The notes below the pieces were generated by a model that made no database searches, was not told the origin of the DNA, and saw nothing but the letters and a program-made list of their open reading frames with translations. The translations under genes were made by a program, and so were the position numbers. A DNA stretch of 64,000 nt from Candidatus Latescibacterota bacterium (GTDB lineage: Bacteria; Latescibacterota; UBA2968; GCA-2709665). This document shows positions 1-10,204 of the stretch, piece after piece; position 1 is the first letter of the stretch; every line of letters begins with the position of its first letter. The stretch lies in assembly GCA_965226795.1 (NCBI GenBank), contig CBDDDZ010000005.1, positions 1,312,001 through 1,376,000 on the forward strand, read 5' to 3'.

Positions 1-226
1 CGGCTCGTGTTTTCCGAACCTGTTCACGGATGCCGTCGAAGTCCTGGGGGCCGGAAACCGGTACGCTTCCCCGCAGATCCAGCAAGGTTTGGTTCAGAGG
101 CTGAACCGAGAACTCGTGGCATCGTCGAACGAAGACAATATGATCGCCCTCCTGAACGTCGAGTGCTTTGCGAACATCCCGGGGCAAGGTCATTTGCCCA
201 CGACGTCCCACTTTTGCAATCGGCAT
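1..226 (-). CDS. AbrB/MazE/SpoVT-family DNA-binding protein (probable type II antitoxin), runs off left edge
   Basis: Not in ORF track. Minus-strand translation from ATG at 226 gives MPIAKVGRRGQMTLPRDVRKALDVQEGDHIVF..., the GQ.TLP..VR..L....GD AbrB signature, with no stop before position 1. Confidence 0.85.
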   Translation of the reverse strand, partial: MPIAKVGRRGQMTLPRDVRKALDVQEGDHIVFVRRCHEFSVQPLNQTLLDLRGSVPVSGPQDFDGIREQVRKTRA

Positions 227-536
227 GGCAATCTCGTCAATAAATGGACGAATTTGAAATTGACTGTCGTATTCAAACATGCCTGATAAAATGCAAGTAA
301 TTTCTATGCTTTGGAAATGGCCCCGCGGGAAGTATCTGTAGTTCAGAACGGTACTCACGTTCCACCGTCCTGTCACACACGCCGTTCGTACTGTAAGTTT
401 CGCGCTGCTGAATGATGCGTTCGATTCCGTCAGTCCTGCGAAATCACAACGCTCGGTGCGCCGGTTGGGTTCCGGCCGATTACAGCCGACGCCGGGACCC
501 GGTCGGGATTGTCCAATATTGGAGGGATGGCAGCAT

Positions 537-2936
537 ATGCGGAACAGGAACCTGTTACACAGGGGTCGTGTTACGCTCAGAGGGGCCAATGCGGCCGAGG
601 TTGCGTACCTTTCGGATGACAATTTTGAAACCGCGGTACAATGGCCCTCGGTGTCGGGAGAGTGCGGGTTCGAGGTCTTGTTCGATGACCCTGTCTCTTG
701 CGATGTGCTGGTACTTCGATGGAAGGCGATGCCTGCGCAGTACGATGTTGATGTTCGCGCGTCCGGCACGTGGCAAACGGTGGAATCGATTCGAAACAAC
801 GTCGTACTTGGTCCCAGGGTGAAACTCCATTTGCCAGACGATGTCCGGACAGGGTGCCTGCGGGTCCGGATTCTGCGTCCGGTGAGCAGTGACCTGCACG
901 GCAGAGAGCCTGACCCGGGCGGGGTTGTCGCTCTATACGGTGTGGACGTATACGCGGCAAATCGGCTTCCCTCCTGTATCCGTTCATTTCTGCAGCGAGA
1001 CAGGCCGAGCCTGGTGACAATCCCGGCCGGCCGGCCGGGGACTGGCCATGAGGCGCCCGACCCTTCCCTGTTGGATGCCGAGATCCCCACGTGGGAGCCC
1101 ATTCCGAAGGATCGTTACAACTGGCAACAGACCGGACGGGAGGTCAATGAAAAGGATCACGCGAGACGCGCGGTCCTGCAGGGATGCTCGAAAGCCTATG
1201 CCATAACCGGCGACCAGGAGTACGCGCTAAAGGCGTGTGAGGCCTTGCTGGCGAATCTGGCGCATTACGATCGATACCAGTCGTTTCGGTTTATTGGAAT
1301 TAACTGGAAAGCGGTAACCTTTCAGGATCCGGCGTATAATCTGAGAGAAACGATCGAAGCGTACGACCTGCTCGTTTCGTCACCCCATCTTACGCTTTCG
1401 GACAGGTTGCGATTTCTCTTTTTCCTCGTGGACCTCGGCGAGTTTCAATATCTGGCGATGCGGGACCGGTTCGTCCCTACGGAAAACTGGGCGTCGTGTT
1501 CGCTGGCGGAGATGGTCTTCCTGGCCTGCTACCTGGAAGATGTGCCCGAAGTGGGGCGTTGGGTGCAGATGGCCGATAAATTGTATGGTTCCTGTTTCGA
1601 TCCCTTCTTCGCCGATGGGTACTGGTGGGAATGTTCGCCTTCGCATTCGGTCTATATGATCAGGGGAATGTGCAGGTACGCACTGGGAAAGCATCTGATG
1701 GGCGATCCCGTCTGGTCACGTGCGTACAACGGAAAATCGCTGGAGTACGTGCTGGAGGCCCTTTGCAAGACAATGACGCCGTTCGGGGAAGTTCCCTCCA
1801 TCAACGATTCCACGGGGAACGACGGCCATCTACTGACGGACTGGCCGGAACTCAGGGTTCCGTTTTACCTGATCGGGCGCGGGGATCTGTTGCGAATGGC
1901 GAGGGATTCCGGGGAGGTGCCGCCCATGCGCGGGGTGGAACTCAAGCCGGTCCGGCAGGAGGATCCTCCCTATACGTCGGTGCTGTTGCCGGATGCCGGG
2001 TTGGCGGTGATGCGGGATGGATGGTCGAAGGAGGACGGGTACCTCATTTTCGATTATGGACCGCACGGGGGCGGGCATGGGCACCCCGACAAGCTGAACT
2101 TCGTCATGTTCGCCAACGGACACCACTGGATTCCGGAAGCGGGGAATTCGCCACATTATTGCATTTTTCCGGAACAGGCCACCTGGCACAAGCAGACCAT
2201 ATCGCACAATACCGTGCTGGCGAACAATGAGAGCCAGAAAGAATGTACGGGACAGCTGATATTCTGGTACACCGACGCCGACGTTGATATGGTTTGCGCG
2301 TATCATTGCGAAGGCTACGAGGGCCTGGTGCACCGCCGTACGATTGTCCATCCCCGGAGCGGATATTTTCTGATTCACGACGCGCTCGATACCGAGGGCG
2401 ATGGGTTCAACCTGGACTGGCTGTTGCACGTATACGGCGAGGTCGAGTCTCAGGCGGACGGCAGGGTGCATTTCCGAAGTGGCAATGGCAATCAACGCCT
2501 GTTATGGCTGTCCGAGGATATCGGATCCTCGCCTCTGCCCATTCACCAGGGCCTCTGCGGCGGGTTTCGAAAACAGGCGTGGACAGGCCAGGGGTATCCG
2601 CCCAAAGGGGCGCCGGGTTGGATCTATATACCGTATTTCCGACTGCCGAAACGGATAGGGCCGGGCGGCGGGCGCGCCGAGTTTTACTCTGTATTGTATC
2701 CATTTACCGGAGACGTGCCTGACGTGGTCGTCGAACGTGTCGACGACGTGTCGGCGCGCGCGTCCGGAATCAGGATCTCTCACAATGGCACAGAGGATGT
2801 CTATGCCGGCGCCGTTCCCGGATACGACGCCGGGCGGGACGGCGACTTCAAATGCGGAAATTTAACCGGGCGTTCCAAAGCCGTATTCGTACGGCGCCAC
2901 GGTTCGGGCGTGGTCTATCGGAAGGAATGTGACTGA
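537..2936 (+). CDS. Heparinase II/III-family polysaccharide lyase with probable N-terminal beta-sandwich domain
   Basis: GGAGG RBS at 521 before ATG 537. DGYWWECSPSH, FDYGPHGGGHGHPDKLNF and SHNTVLAN motifs are typical of heparinase II/III proteins. No obvious signal peptide. Confidence 0.8.
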   Translation: MRNRNLLHRGRVTLRGANAAEVAYLSDDNFETAVQWPSVSGECGFEVLFDDPVSCDVLVLRWKAMPAQYDVDVRASGTWQTVESIRNNVVLGPRVKLHLPDDVRTGCLRVRILRPVSSDLHGREPDPGGVVALYGVDVYAANRLPSCIRSFLQRDRPSLVTIPAGRPGTGHEAPDPSLLDAEIPTWEPIPKDRYNWQQTGREVNEKDHARRAVLQGCSKAYAITGDQEYALKACEALLANLAHYDRYQSFRFIGINWKAVTFQDPAYNLRETIEAYDLLVSSPHLTLSDRLRFLFFLVDLGEFQYLAMRDRFVPTENWASCSLAEMVFLACYLEDVPEVGRWVQMADKLYGSCFDPFFADGYWWECSPSHSVYMIRGMCRYALGKHLMGDPVWSRAYNGKSLEYVLEALCKTMTPFGEVPSINDSTGNDGHLLTDWPELRVPFYLIGRGDLLRMARDSGEVPPMRGVELKPVRQEDPPYTSVLLPDAGLAVMRDGWSKEDGYLIFDYGPHGGGHGHPDKLNFVMFANGHHWIPEAGNSPHYCIFPEQATWHKQTISHNTVLANNESQKECTGQLIFWYTDADVDMVCAYHCEGYEGLVHRRTIVHPRSGYFLIHDALDTEGDGFNLDWLLHVYGEVESQADGRVHFRSGNGNQRLLWLSEDIGSSPLPIHQGLCGGFRKQAWTGQGYPPKGAPGWIYIPYFRLPKRIGPGGGRAEFYSVLYPFTGDVPDVVVERVDDVSARASGIRISHNGTEDVYAGAVPGYDAGRDGDFKCGNLTGRSKAVFVRRHGSGVVYRKECD

Positions 2937-3041
2937 TCGCCCGCTACGTCAGGGGTTCCAGCGGTTCGCCCGTTGGTTCCGGAACGCGGAGCCAGGCGTC
3001 GGTTTGGCCGCATGCGTCCTGGGGCGAGGAGGGTGTGCAAT

Positions 3042-3836
3042 TTGAACAGCGAACATATCTTCGGAGGGTTGGACGGCCGGAATCGGTCGGGAAAACCCCG
3101 CGATCAGGGGTTTACCATGGTAGTGGACTGGGGTCTTGGGTCGGGGGCGCAGTCTGATTTAATAGAGACCGCGGCCCCTTTTTTTGATTTTGCGAAGGTG
3201 GCCGTCGGCATTTCCAGGCTGCTGACCAACGACGCGCTTGCAGCCAAAGTCAGGCGTTATCGGGACCATGTTATCGAACCGTTTCCGGGTGGGCAATATC
3301 TGGAATATGCCCAGGTGCGAGGCAAAGCCGACCTGTATTTTCCCGCTGTAGCCGCAGCCGGATATCGTTGGGTCGAGGTGTCGGACAACCTGGCTGTGGT
3401 GACACACGAATGGAAGCTGAAAATGATCCGGAGGGCGGTAGAAGTACATGGACTGAAAGTATTGGGGGAAGTGGGGCAGAAGGAGGGGCTGGACGCGGGC
3501 ATACCCCTGGCGGATGACGTGAAGGCCTGTCTCGACGCAGGATCCCGCATCGTTCTGCTGGAAGCGGCCGAACTGGTTGACAGCGATGCCGACAAGGCAA
3601 GGCAGGTCGAGCAGGCCGTGGAGGCCGCCAGTCTGAAAAACGTCATGTTCGAATTGCCGGGTCCATGGATCTCAGGGGTGAACCCGCACCACGTTCACCA
3701 GATGCGGCGTAGCCTTGTAGACCGGTACGGTCCGGAGGTGAATCTGGGCAATGTGCTGCCGGATGATCTGATGACGCTGGAAGCATATCGCCGGGAACTG
3801 GGCGTAAATGCGGGTAGCGCCCCGGAGGAGGAGTGA
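3042..3836 (+). CDS. comA: Phosphosulfolactate synthase (ComA)-family protein, divergent
   Basis: KPRDQGFTMVVDWGLG, PGGQYLE, VEVSD, EVGQK and GPEVNLGNV motifs. TTG start at 3042 follows GAGGAG. Confidence 0.8.
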   Translation: MNSEHIFGGLDGRNRSGKPRDQGFTMVVDWGLGSGAQSDLIETAAPFFDFAKVAVGISRLLTNDALAAKVRRYRDHVIEPFPGGQYLEYAQVRGKADLYFPAVAAAGYRWVEVSDNLAVVTHEWKLKMIRRAVEVHGLKVLGEVGQKEGLDAGIPLADDVKACLDAGSRIVLLEAAELVDSDADKARQVEQAVEAASLKNVMFELPGPWISGVNPHHVHQMRRSLVDRYGPEVNLGNVLPDDLMTLEAYRRELGVNAGSAPEEE

Positions 3837-3839
3837 TCG

Positions 3840-5030
3840 ATGAGACTGTTGGACACGGATGCCGGGATTCAGATCGACGACGAGTTTCCATGCAGCAGCG
3901 CGGGAGAGATGCGCATCACGCCCGGCGGCCACTATGAGATCGGCTACCAGCCTGAGGAGATTCCCCGGTGGTTTCAGGATCTGCTCGATGAATTATTCGC
4001 GGGGGCCGGTGTACCGAAAGAATACATGGCCCACGTGCGTGTGCGCAACTCGGCCGATGCCTCGCGGCGTGTGAAGCTCCGATTTCTGTTGAGCAGAAAG
4101 GGGTCCAACTATATGTATCCGCCGTGGTGGGTGTGGCGGGAAGATTCGGGTTGGGCATGGTTGCCGCGGGAAGATACGGATTATCGCGAGCATGAATATA
4201 TGGACGCGTCAGTGGCGGTCCACCCGGGCGAAGCCGTTCGTATTGCCTCGGCGCCCTACGAGGCGCCCGATACGGTGCTCGAGAAGGCGAAGCAACTGGC
4301 CGAATATTCAGAGATCTGGACCTGTCGGGAGATCGGGACATCCGCCCATGGACGGGCGATTCCAGTACTGGAGTCGCCGCCGCGGGAACTGAAACTGCTG
4401 GTGGATGCAACCATGCAGTCCTGTGAGCCGGTTTCGTGGGGCATTATGCACGTCGCCCACTGGTTGACCATCCCGACGGCACGAGCGCAACGGCTTCTCG
4501 AGAATGTGCAGTTCTGTCTGATGCCGATGCTGAATCCGGATGGCGTCTACGCGGGCCACAGCGTTACCAACGCAGTCGGCGAGGTGCCCAAGTTTGGAAT
4601 CAACAACCTCGTAGAAGGCAAGGGCGCTTCCAGGGAAACCGAGGCCCTGTGGAATTATCTGCTGGACACCCGACCGGATGCCTCGATTGAGGTGCATGCC
4701 CATTTTACCCGGGAGGGATTCACCCGGAGCATCGGAATGCACGACAAAGATTCCATGCCGCAACACTTGCGTGCAAAGGGCACCGTCGTCGAGGCGGCGA
4801 TCGAGGAGAATTACCACGTTCAGCCGCTGGAGAATCGGCGAGTCCTGATCGATCCGAGACAGCCGGAACTCAATGTGTACGGAGACCGGTACGTGAGCGA
4901 ACATGCGGGCACGATCCGGACGTTTCTGCAGGCCGTTCCCGATAGCATCGAGTCCCACTGCGCCGACGTGAGAGAAATGACGGAGACCATTTCGAACGCG
5001 CTGATTTCGTGGAAGGCGCGTTGCGGATAG
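3840..5030 (+). CDS. M14 zinc-carboxypeptidase-like protein with altered active site
   Basis: IGTSAHGRAIPVL, PMLNPDGV and SIEVHAH motifs. The HxxE position reads QSCE. Starts 3 nt after the comA stop. Confidence 0.65.
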   Translation: MRLLDTDAGIQIDDEFPCSSAGEMRITPGGHYEIGYQPEEIPRWFQDLLDELFAGAGVPKEYMAHVRVRNSADASRRVKLRFLLSRKGSNYMYPPWWVWREDSGWAWLPREDTDYREHEYMDASVAVHPGEAVRIASAPYEAPDTVLEKAKQLAEYSEIWTCREIGTSAHGRAIPVLESPPRELKLLVDATMQSCEPVSWGIMHVAHWLTIPTARAQRLLENVQFCLMPMLNPDGVYAGHSVTNAVGEVPKFGINNLVEGKGASRETEALWNYLLDTRPDASIEVHAHFTREGFTRSIGMHDKDSMPQHLRAKGTVVEAAIEENYHVQPLENRRVLIDPRQPELNVYGDRYVSEHAGTIRTFLQAVPDSIESHCADVREMTETISNALISWKARCG

Positions 5031-5114
5031 GGGGAAAGCGGTGGTCGTAATAGACCGTGGACCGTGTCGTGCAAGGACGGGAATTGCGGGCCGGTTTAAC
5101 AAGAGGAGAGGTTT

Positions 5115-5906
5115 ATGAAAATTGGCGTGACGCAGATTATTCTGGGTCGGCTTTCGCTGGACGAAACGCTGGAGCTATGCCGGGACGCCGGTTATGAGGC
5201 TCTGGAACTGGTGTTTCGCGACGGCGGCGATCCGGACGTGAACATGAACGACGATGAGATCCGGGCGTTACGGAGGAAATGCGATGCCGCCGGCCTGGAA
5301 ATCGGCAGTTCGATGGCGCAATATGCGGATCGCGGAAACTTCCTGAGCTTGAATTCGAGCGATCGGGAGCTGGGCGTCAGGTGTCTGGTGCGATCCATTG
5401 AAATCGCTCACGTTTTGGGAATCGACGCTGTACTGCTGCATCCAGGGCAACTCACGGCCGGGGGTACCTATGAACAGGCCTGGGACTTGATGCTGGGCGC
5501 AATCCGGGACCTGGCGCCTGTGGCCGAGGAGAAGGGGGTCTCCGTGGGTATAGAGAACGTGTGGAACAAGTTCCTGTTGAGTCCTCGGGAGATGGCCGGT
5601 TTTGTGGATGCCGTGGGTAGCCCGCGGGTGGGGACCTATCTCGACACCGCGAACATGATGGCCTACGGCTTCCCGGAGCACTGGATTCGTGGCCTTGGCG
5701 ACCGAATTGTCCGGGTGCATTTCAAGGACTTCAGGCGAAGCGAACACCGATTTGTGGATCTCATGGACGGCGATACGGATTGGCCTGCGGTGATGGCCGA
5801 ACTGCGCGTCATCGGATATCGTTCTCCGGTGGTCCACGAGGTTTCGGGGGGCCGCGAGGCGCAGATTGAGACGGCAAGGCGAATGAAGAAGATCGTGGCG
5901 ATGTAG
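5115..5906 (+). CDS. Sugar phosphate isomerase/epimerase (xylose isomerase-like TIM barrel)
   Basis: IENVWNKFLLSP, YLDTAN, VHFKDF and VVHE metal-ligand motifs. GAGGAGAGG RBS. Confidence 0.88.
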   Translation: MKIGVTQIILGRLSLDETLELCRDAGYEALELVFRDGGDPDVNMNDDEIRALRRKCDAAGLEIGSSMAQYADRGNFLSLNSSDRELGVRCLVRSIEIAHVLGIDAVLLHPGQLTAGGTYEQAWDLMLGAIRDLAPVAEEKGVSVGIENVWNKFLLSPREMAGFVDAVGSPRVGTYLDTANMMAYGFPEHWIRGLGDRIVRVHFKDFRRSEHRFVDLMDGDTDWPAVMAELRVIGYRSPVVHEVSGGREAQIETARRMKKIVAM

Positions 5907-5977
5907 GCCGCGACGAACTTTTGCATCGGGAGCCTGGAACTCGATTCCCGGCTCCGACGGTCAATCGAGGAGTGTCG

Positions 5978-7981
5978 ATGGCTGAACCATCCACGCGGGG
6001 TTTGGCGCGTCTGCAGAGAAACCCGGCGTACGTGGCGGCGGAAGATCGCGGTACCACGGTTCGGGCGCTGATTTTCGGGCTGTGTCTGTCGCTTGTCATT
6101 AGCGTTCTGGGCAATGTCGTACGGTATATACTCCATTCTTCGTTTATGGCCTACAGCCACATGCCGATGGGGAATCTGATCATCTGGCTGCTGTCGATTC
6201 TGGTCTGTGCGGCGCTGGCGAAAGGGTTCGGCCGTAAATTCGCATTCTCGCCCAGCGAGTGGATTACGATTTTCGCCATGGGATTCATAGCGTCCCTTGG
6301 GCCGACCTATGGCGTGAGCGGCTACCTTGTGGGTGTCATCGTGACACCCTATTACTTCGCCACACCCGAGAACCGTTGGGCAGAGTTTCTGCATCCGTAC
6401 CTCCCTGAATGGATTATTCCAACCAACAAGGACGGGGCGATGACCTGGTTTTACGACGGGTTGCCCAAGGGAGCACCCATTCCGTGGGAGGCGTGGACCA
6501 TGCCCCTGTTCTGGTGGTTTACGTTCGTCAGTGCGGTGGCGTTGGCATGTCTGTGCGCGTCCGTAATTATCCACAGGCAGTGGTCGGAGAACGAGAAGAT
6601 CGTGTTTCCCGCAATGGAACCGATCGTGGAGATGGCGGCCAACGCAGGCAAGGGCAAAGGTTGGCTCCCGGAGTTCATGGCCGGCAAGGCCTTCTGGACA
6701 GGATTTGCGATCGTTTTTTTTGTGTTCAGTTGGAATATCATCGGATGGTTCAAACCGGGGTTTCCCGTTTTTCCCACGGCGAGGGGAACCTGGATTCCCC
6801 TGGGCCATGCCTTTCCCCCGCAGTGGATTTTCGTGAGTACGGTTGTAATCTGTTTTTCCTACTTCGCCAGCCTCGAGGTGTTGTTCAGTCTCTGGTTCTT
6901 TGACTTGATGTTTATCTTCGAGGGCGGGTTCCTGAACCGGCTTGGGGTCGAAGCGATTTCACCCCACTATATGACGGGACGGTACGCCTGGCAGACGGCG
7001 GGCGCCTTTATCGGAATCTCCTTCTGGTGGCTGCTGGTTTCCCGGACGCACCTGCGCCAGGCGTTCCATAAGGCGCTCCGGCCCGAGCGGGTCCCTCTGG
7101 ACGACAGCCGGGAACTGATATCGTATCGGGCGGCATTTCTCTGGCTGGGCGTTTCAACGGTATACGCCGTTGCGTGGTTGTGGCAGGCGGGAATGGACCT
7201 GATGGTAATCTGCCTGTTGATTCCCACCATGTTTCTGATCTATTTCGGGGTGGCCAAGGTTCTGGCCGAGACGGGTCATATCTATATAGGATCGGCGACA
7301 GGGGCGTGGGATCTCGCCACGGCGGCATTGGGCGGCGCCAGCGCTGTTCCGGCGCCCAACCACGCGTTAATGTATCCGGCGTCGGTATCGCTTAACCACT
7401 TTCGCGCGTACACGTTTTCGCTGGGGATGCACCTGAACCGACTCGGAGATTTTCTTGTCGGAGGACATCGTCGGTTCTTTGGCGGCGTTTTTGCCGCGTT
7501 TATCGTGGGTGTGGTGGGATCCACCCTGTTTACGATCTGGCTGGGATATACGATAGGCGGGTACAACTTCCAGCCCAACTGGCTGATTATCCGCGCCGGC
7601 ATCGGCGGATACCAGCGAGGGGTGAACGATATTCTCTCGCCGGAACCGACCGAGGTGGGGGATTGCTGGTTTTTCCTGGCGGGCTTTATCGCAATGATGA
7701 CGTTGAATCTGTTGCGGTACCGCCTCAGCTGGTGGCCTCTTCATCCGGTGGGATTCGCAATCTCAGGCGCCTGGCTGACGCGGCTGACGAGTTTTACGCT
7801 GTTCCTGGCCTGGCTGGTGAAGTTCATCCTGCTGAAGTTGGTTGGCGCCGCGTTCTACAGGAAATCGCGTCCGTTTTTTATCGGAGCGCTTACGGCATAT
7901 ATACTGGTTACAACGCTCGGGCTGGTCGTGGACGCCGGTTTCTTCGGAAAGCAGGGGCACACACTCCACAAATGGTATTAG
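5978..7981 (+). CDS. DUF6785/DUF6784-type polytopic membrane protein (putative transporter), copy 1
   Basis: About 667 aa and highly hydrophobic, with YYFATPENRW, RQWSENEKIVFP and WWPLHPVGF motifs. GAGGAG RBS before ATG 5978. Confidence 0.8.
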   Translation: MAEPSTRGLARLQRNPAYVAAEDRGTTVRALIFGLCLSLVISVLGNVVRYILHSSFMAYSHMPMGNLIIWLLSILVCAALAKGFGRKFAFSPSEWITIFAMGFIASLGPTYGVSGYLVGVIVTPYYFATPENRWAEFLHPYLPEWIIPTNKDGAMTWFYDGLPKGAPIPWEAWTMPLFWWFTFVSAVALACLCASVIIHRQWSENEKIVFPAMEPIVEMAANAGKGKGWLPEFMAGKAFWTGFAIVFFVFSWNIIGWFKPGFPVFPTARGTWIPLGHAFPPQWIFVSTVVICFSYFASLEVLFSLWFFDLMFIFEGGFLNRLGVEAISPHYMTGRYAWQTAGAFIGISFWWLLVSRTHLRQAFHKALRPERVPLDDSRELISYRAAFLWLGVSTVYAVAWLWQAGMDLMVICLLIPTMFLIYFGVAKVLAETGHIYIGSATGAWDLATAALGGASAVPAPNHALMYPASVSLNHFRAYTFSLGMHLNRLGDFLVGGHRRFFGGVFAAFIVGVVGSTLFTIWLGYTIGGYNFQPNWLIIRAGIGGYQRGVNDILSPEPTEVGDCWFFLAGFIAMMTLNLLRYRLSWWPLHPVGFAISGAWLTRLTSFTLFLAWLVKFILLKLVGAAFYRKSRPFFIGALTAYILVTTLGLVVDAGFFGKQGHTLHKWY

Positions 7982-8050
7982 AAACGGCAATGCATAACGG
8001 GGTTGCGCGGGTGGACCGCATTCACCCCGGCGTTTATACGGGGCTGTCCA

Positions 8051-10054
8051 ATGGATGAACGCGGTGCGGCCGTTCGGCAGGCCGCACAACGAAATCTCGA
8101 AACGCCACTGGCGTCAGAGGATCGGGGCGTCACGCTTCGATCGGTCGTCTTTGGACTGTGCTTGGCCGTGGCCGTCAGCCTCCTGGCCAACACCGTGCTT
8201 TATCTGGTTCATGGCTCCCTTATGGCGTACAGCCATATGCCCATGGGCAACCTGATATTGATCCTGCTGTCAATGGTCCTCTGTTCCGTTCTGGCCTTTC
8301 GATTCGGAAGGCCTTTTGTGTTTTCCAGTTCGGAGTGGCTGACCATTTTTACGATGGGGTTTGTGAGTTCGCTCGGGCCCACGTATGGCGTGAGCGGATA
8401 CCTGGTGGGTGTGATCGTTTCCCCCTACTATTTCGCTACGCCTGAGAATCGCTGGTCGGAATTCCTGCATCCGAATCTGCCGGATTTTATCTTCCCCCAG
8501 AACAGAAACGGGGAGATGAGCTGGTTTTACAACGGATTGCCTCCCGACGCGGGCGTACCCTGGGAAAGCTGGGCGGGGCCGCTTTTCTGGTGGTTCACGT
8601 TTATTGCCGCGGTGGCATTTGCCTGTTTCTGTGCATCCATTATAATCCGTCGTCAGTGGTCGGAACACGAAAAGCTGGTTTTCCCGGCCATGGAACCGAT
8701 CGTGGAAATGGCCTCCTCCGCCGGTGCGGGAGGACGTTTGCTGCCGGAACTGATGAAAGGTCGGATGTTCTGGGCCGGGTTTTCGGTAAGCGCCTTCATC
8801 TATTGCTGGAACATGATCGGCTGGTTTTTCCCGGCCTTTCCCAGTTTCCGCATGACGCCGGGTTGGTACCTGCCAGTGGCGCGGGACTTTCCCGCGTTGT
8901 GGATTTCCTTCAATACCTTTGCGGTGTGTTTTGCCTATTTTGCCAGCCTGGAAGTCCTGTTCAGCCTCTGGTTTTTCGATCTTTTCTTCGTGGTAGAATC
9001 CGGAATCCTGACCCGACTGGGCATGCCGTCCTGGCACTCCTACCGGTCTGCCGGGCCGTATGCGTGGCAGACCGCAGGCGCGTTCGTCTGCCTGGCGGCT
9101 TTCTGGGTCTTGATTTCGAGGCGTCATCTTCGGGACGCATTCCTCAAAGCGATACGACCGCACAGCGCCCATATTGACGATAGCCGCGAACTCATTTCCT
9201 ACCGTTCGGCCTTTCTCGGACTGGGAGTCGCGTGTGGCTACGCCATCGCCTGGCTATGGAATGCCGGGATGGACGTGGGTGTGATTCTGCTCACGGTGCC
9301 GACCATGTTTCTGGTTTACCTGGCGATGGGTAAGATACTGGCCGATTCAGGTCTGGTCTTTCTGAGTTCGCCGACATCAGCCCGCAGCCTTGTGCAGGCT
9401 GCTTTCGGGGGTCCCAAGGGGATACCGGCGGCAACCCACGCTTTGTTCTATCCCACGGCCGTGGCATTGAGTCACTTTAAGGGGACGATATTCACATTCG
9501 GCATGCACGCCAACCGGCTGGGGGAATTTGTGGCGGGAAACAGAAGACGGTTGTTCTGGTCGGTGTGTGCCGCGTTTCTCGTGGGACTTGTGGCGTCCAC
9601 CTTATACGTGGTCTGGCTGGGGTACAGGGTCGGCGGGTACAATTTCGAGCCGAACTGGCTTGTGACGCGGGCCGGGCACATGGGTTTCCAGGGGGCGGTA
9701 AGCGATATCATTTCACCCAAACCCATGCTGTCGAGCGAGTATGTGTTTTTCGTCGTGGGTGTGCTGGCAATGGGTGCAATCACGTTCATGCGCTATCGGT
9801 TTGCGTGGTGGCCCTTTCATCCCATTGGTTTTGCGCTCTCCGGTTCCGCCCTGTCCCATCTAACCGGGTTTACGATATTTCTGGCTTGGAGCCTGAAGGC
9901 TATCCTGCTGAGATTTTTCGGAGCCGTGTTTTACAGGCGTTCGCGTCCTTTTTTTGTCGGGCTCCTTATAGGATACGTGTTTTCGATCGCGCTTGGTCTG
10001 GTATTGGATGCCGTCTGGTTCGTGCCCCGGGGCCACCGCGTCCATACGTATTGA
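8051..10054 (+). CDS. DUF6785/DUF6784-type polytopic membrane protein, copy 2 (tandem paralog)
   Basis: Shares SHMPMGNL, SLGPTYGVSGYLVGVIV, YYFATPENRW and WWPFHPIGF with copy 1. Confidence 0.8.
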   Translation: MDERGAAVRQAAQRNLETPLASEDRGVTLRSVVFGLCLAVAVSLLANTVLYLVHGSLMAYSHMPMGNLILILLSMVLCSVLAFRFGRPFVFSSSEWLTIFTMGFVSSLGPTYGVSGYLVGVIVSPYYFATPENRWSEFLHPNLPDFIFPQNRNGEMSWFYNGLPPDAGVPWESWAGPLFWWFTFIAAVAFACFCASIIIRRQWSEHEKLVFPAMEPIVEMASSAGAGGRLLPELMKGRMFWAGFSVSAFIYCWNMIGWFFPAFPSFRMTPGWYLPVARDFPALWISFNTFAVCFAYFASLEVLFSLWFFDLFFVVESGILTRLGMPSWHSYRSAGPYAWQTAGAFVCLAAFWVLISRRHLRDAFLKAIRPHSAHIDDSRELISYRSAFLGLGVACGYAIAWLWNAGMDVGVILLTVPTMFLVYLAMGKILADSGLVFLSSPTSARSLVQAAFGGPKGIPAATHALFYPTAVALSHFKGTIFTFGMHANRLGEFVAGNRRRLFWSVCAAFLVGLVASTLYVVWLGYRVGGYNFEPNWLVTRAGHMGFQGAVSDIISPKPMLSSEYVFFVVGVLAMGAITFMRYRFAWWPFHPIGFALSGSALSHLTGFTIFLAWSLKAILLRFFGAVFYRRSRPFFVGLLIGYVFSIALGLVLDAVWFVPRGHRVHTY

Positions 10055-10204
10055 GCTTTTCAGGTGTGATGGTCCCCGGCCCCGGCACATAGCCATCTTT
10101 AATGCCGTAGTGAACGTTACCCGCGCGCGCAAGGAAACAGGATGACTGCCGAATGATACCAAATGTCCCGCAACAGAGGATTGGTCAGAAAAAGGAGAAA
10201 TGAA

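Noticed and set aside
7..286. Plus-strand ORFs 7-243 and 89-286
   Set aside because: They are antisense to the AbrB-family gene.
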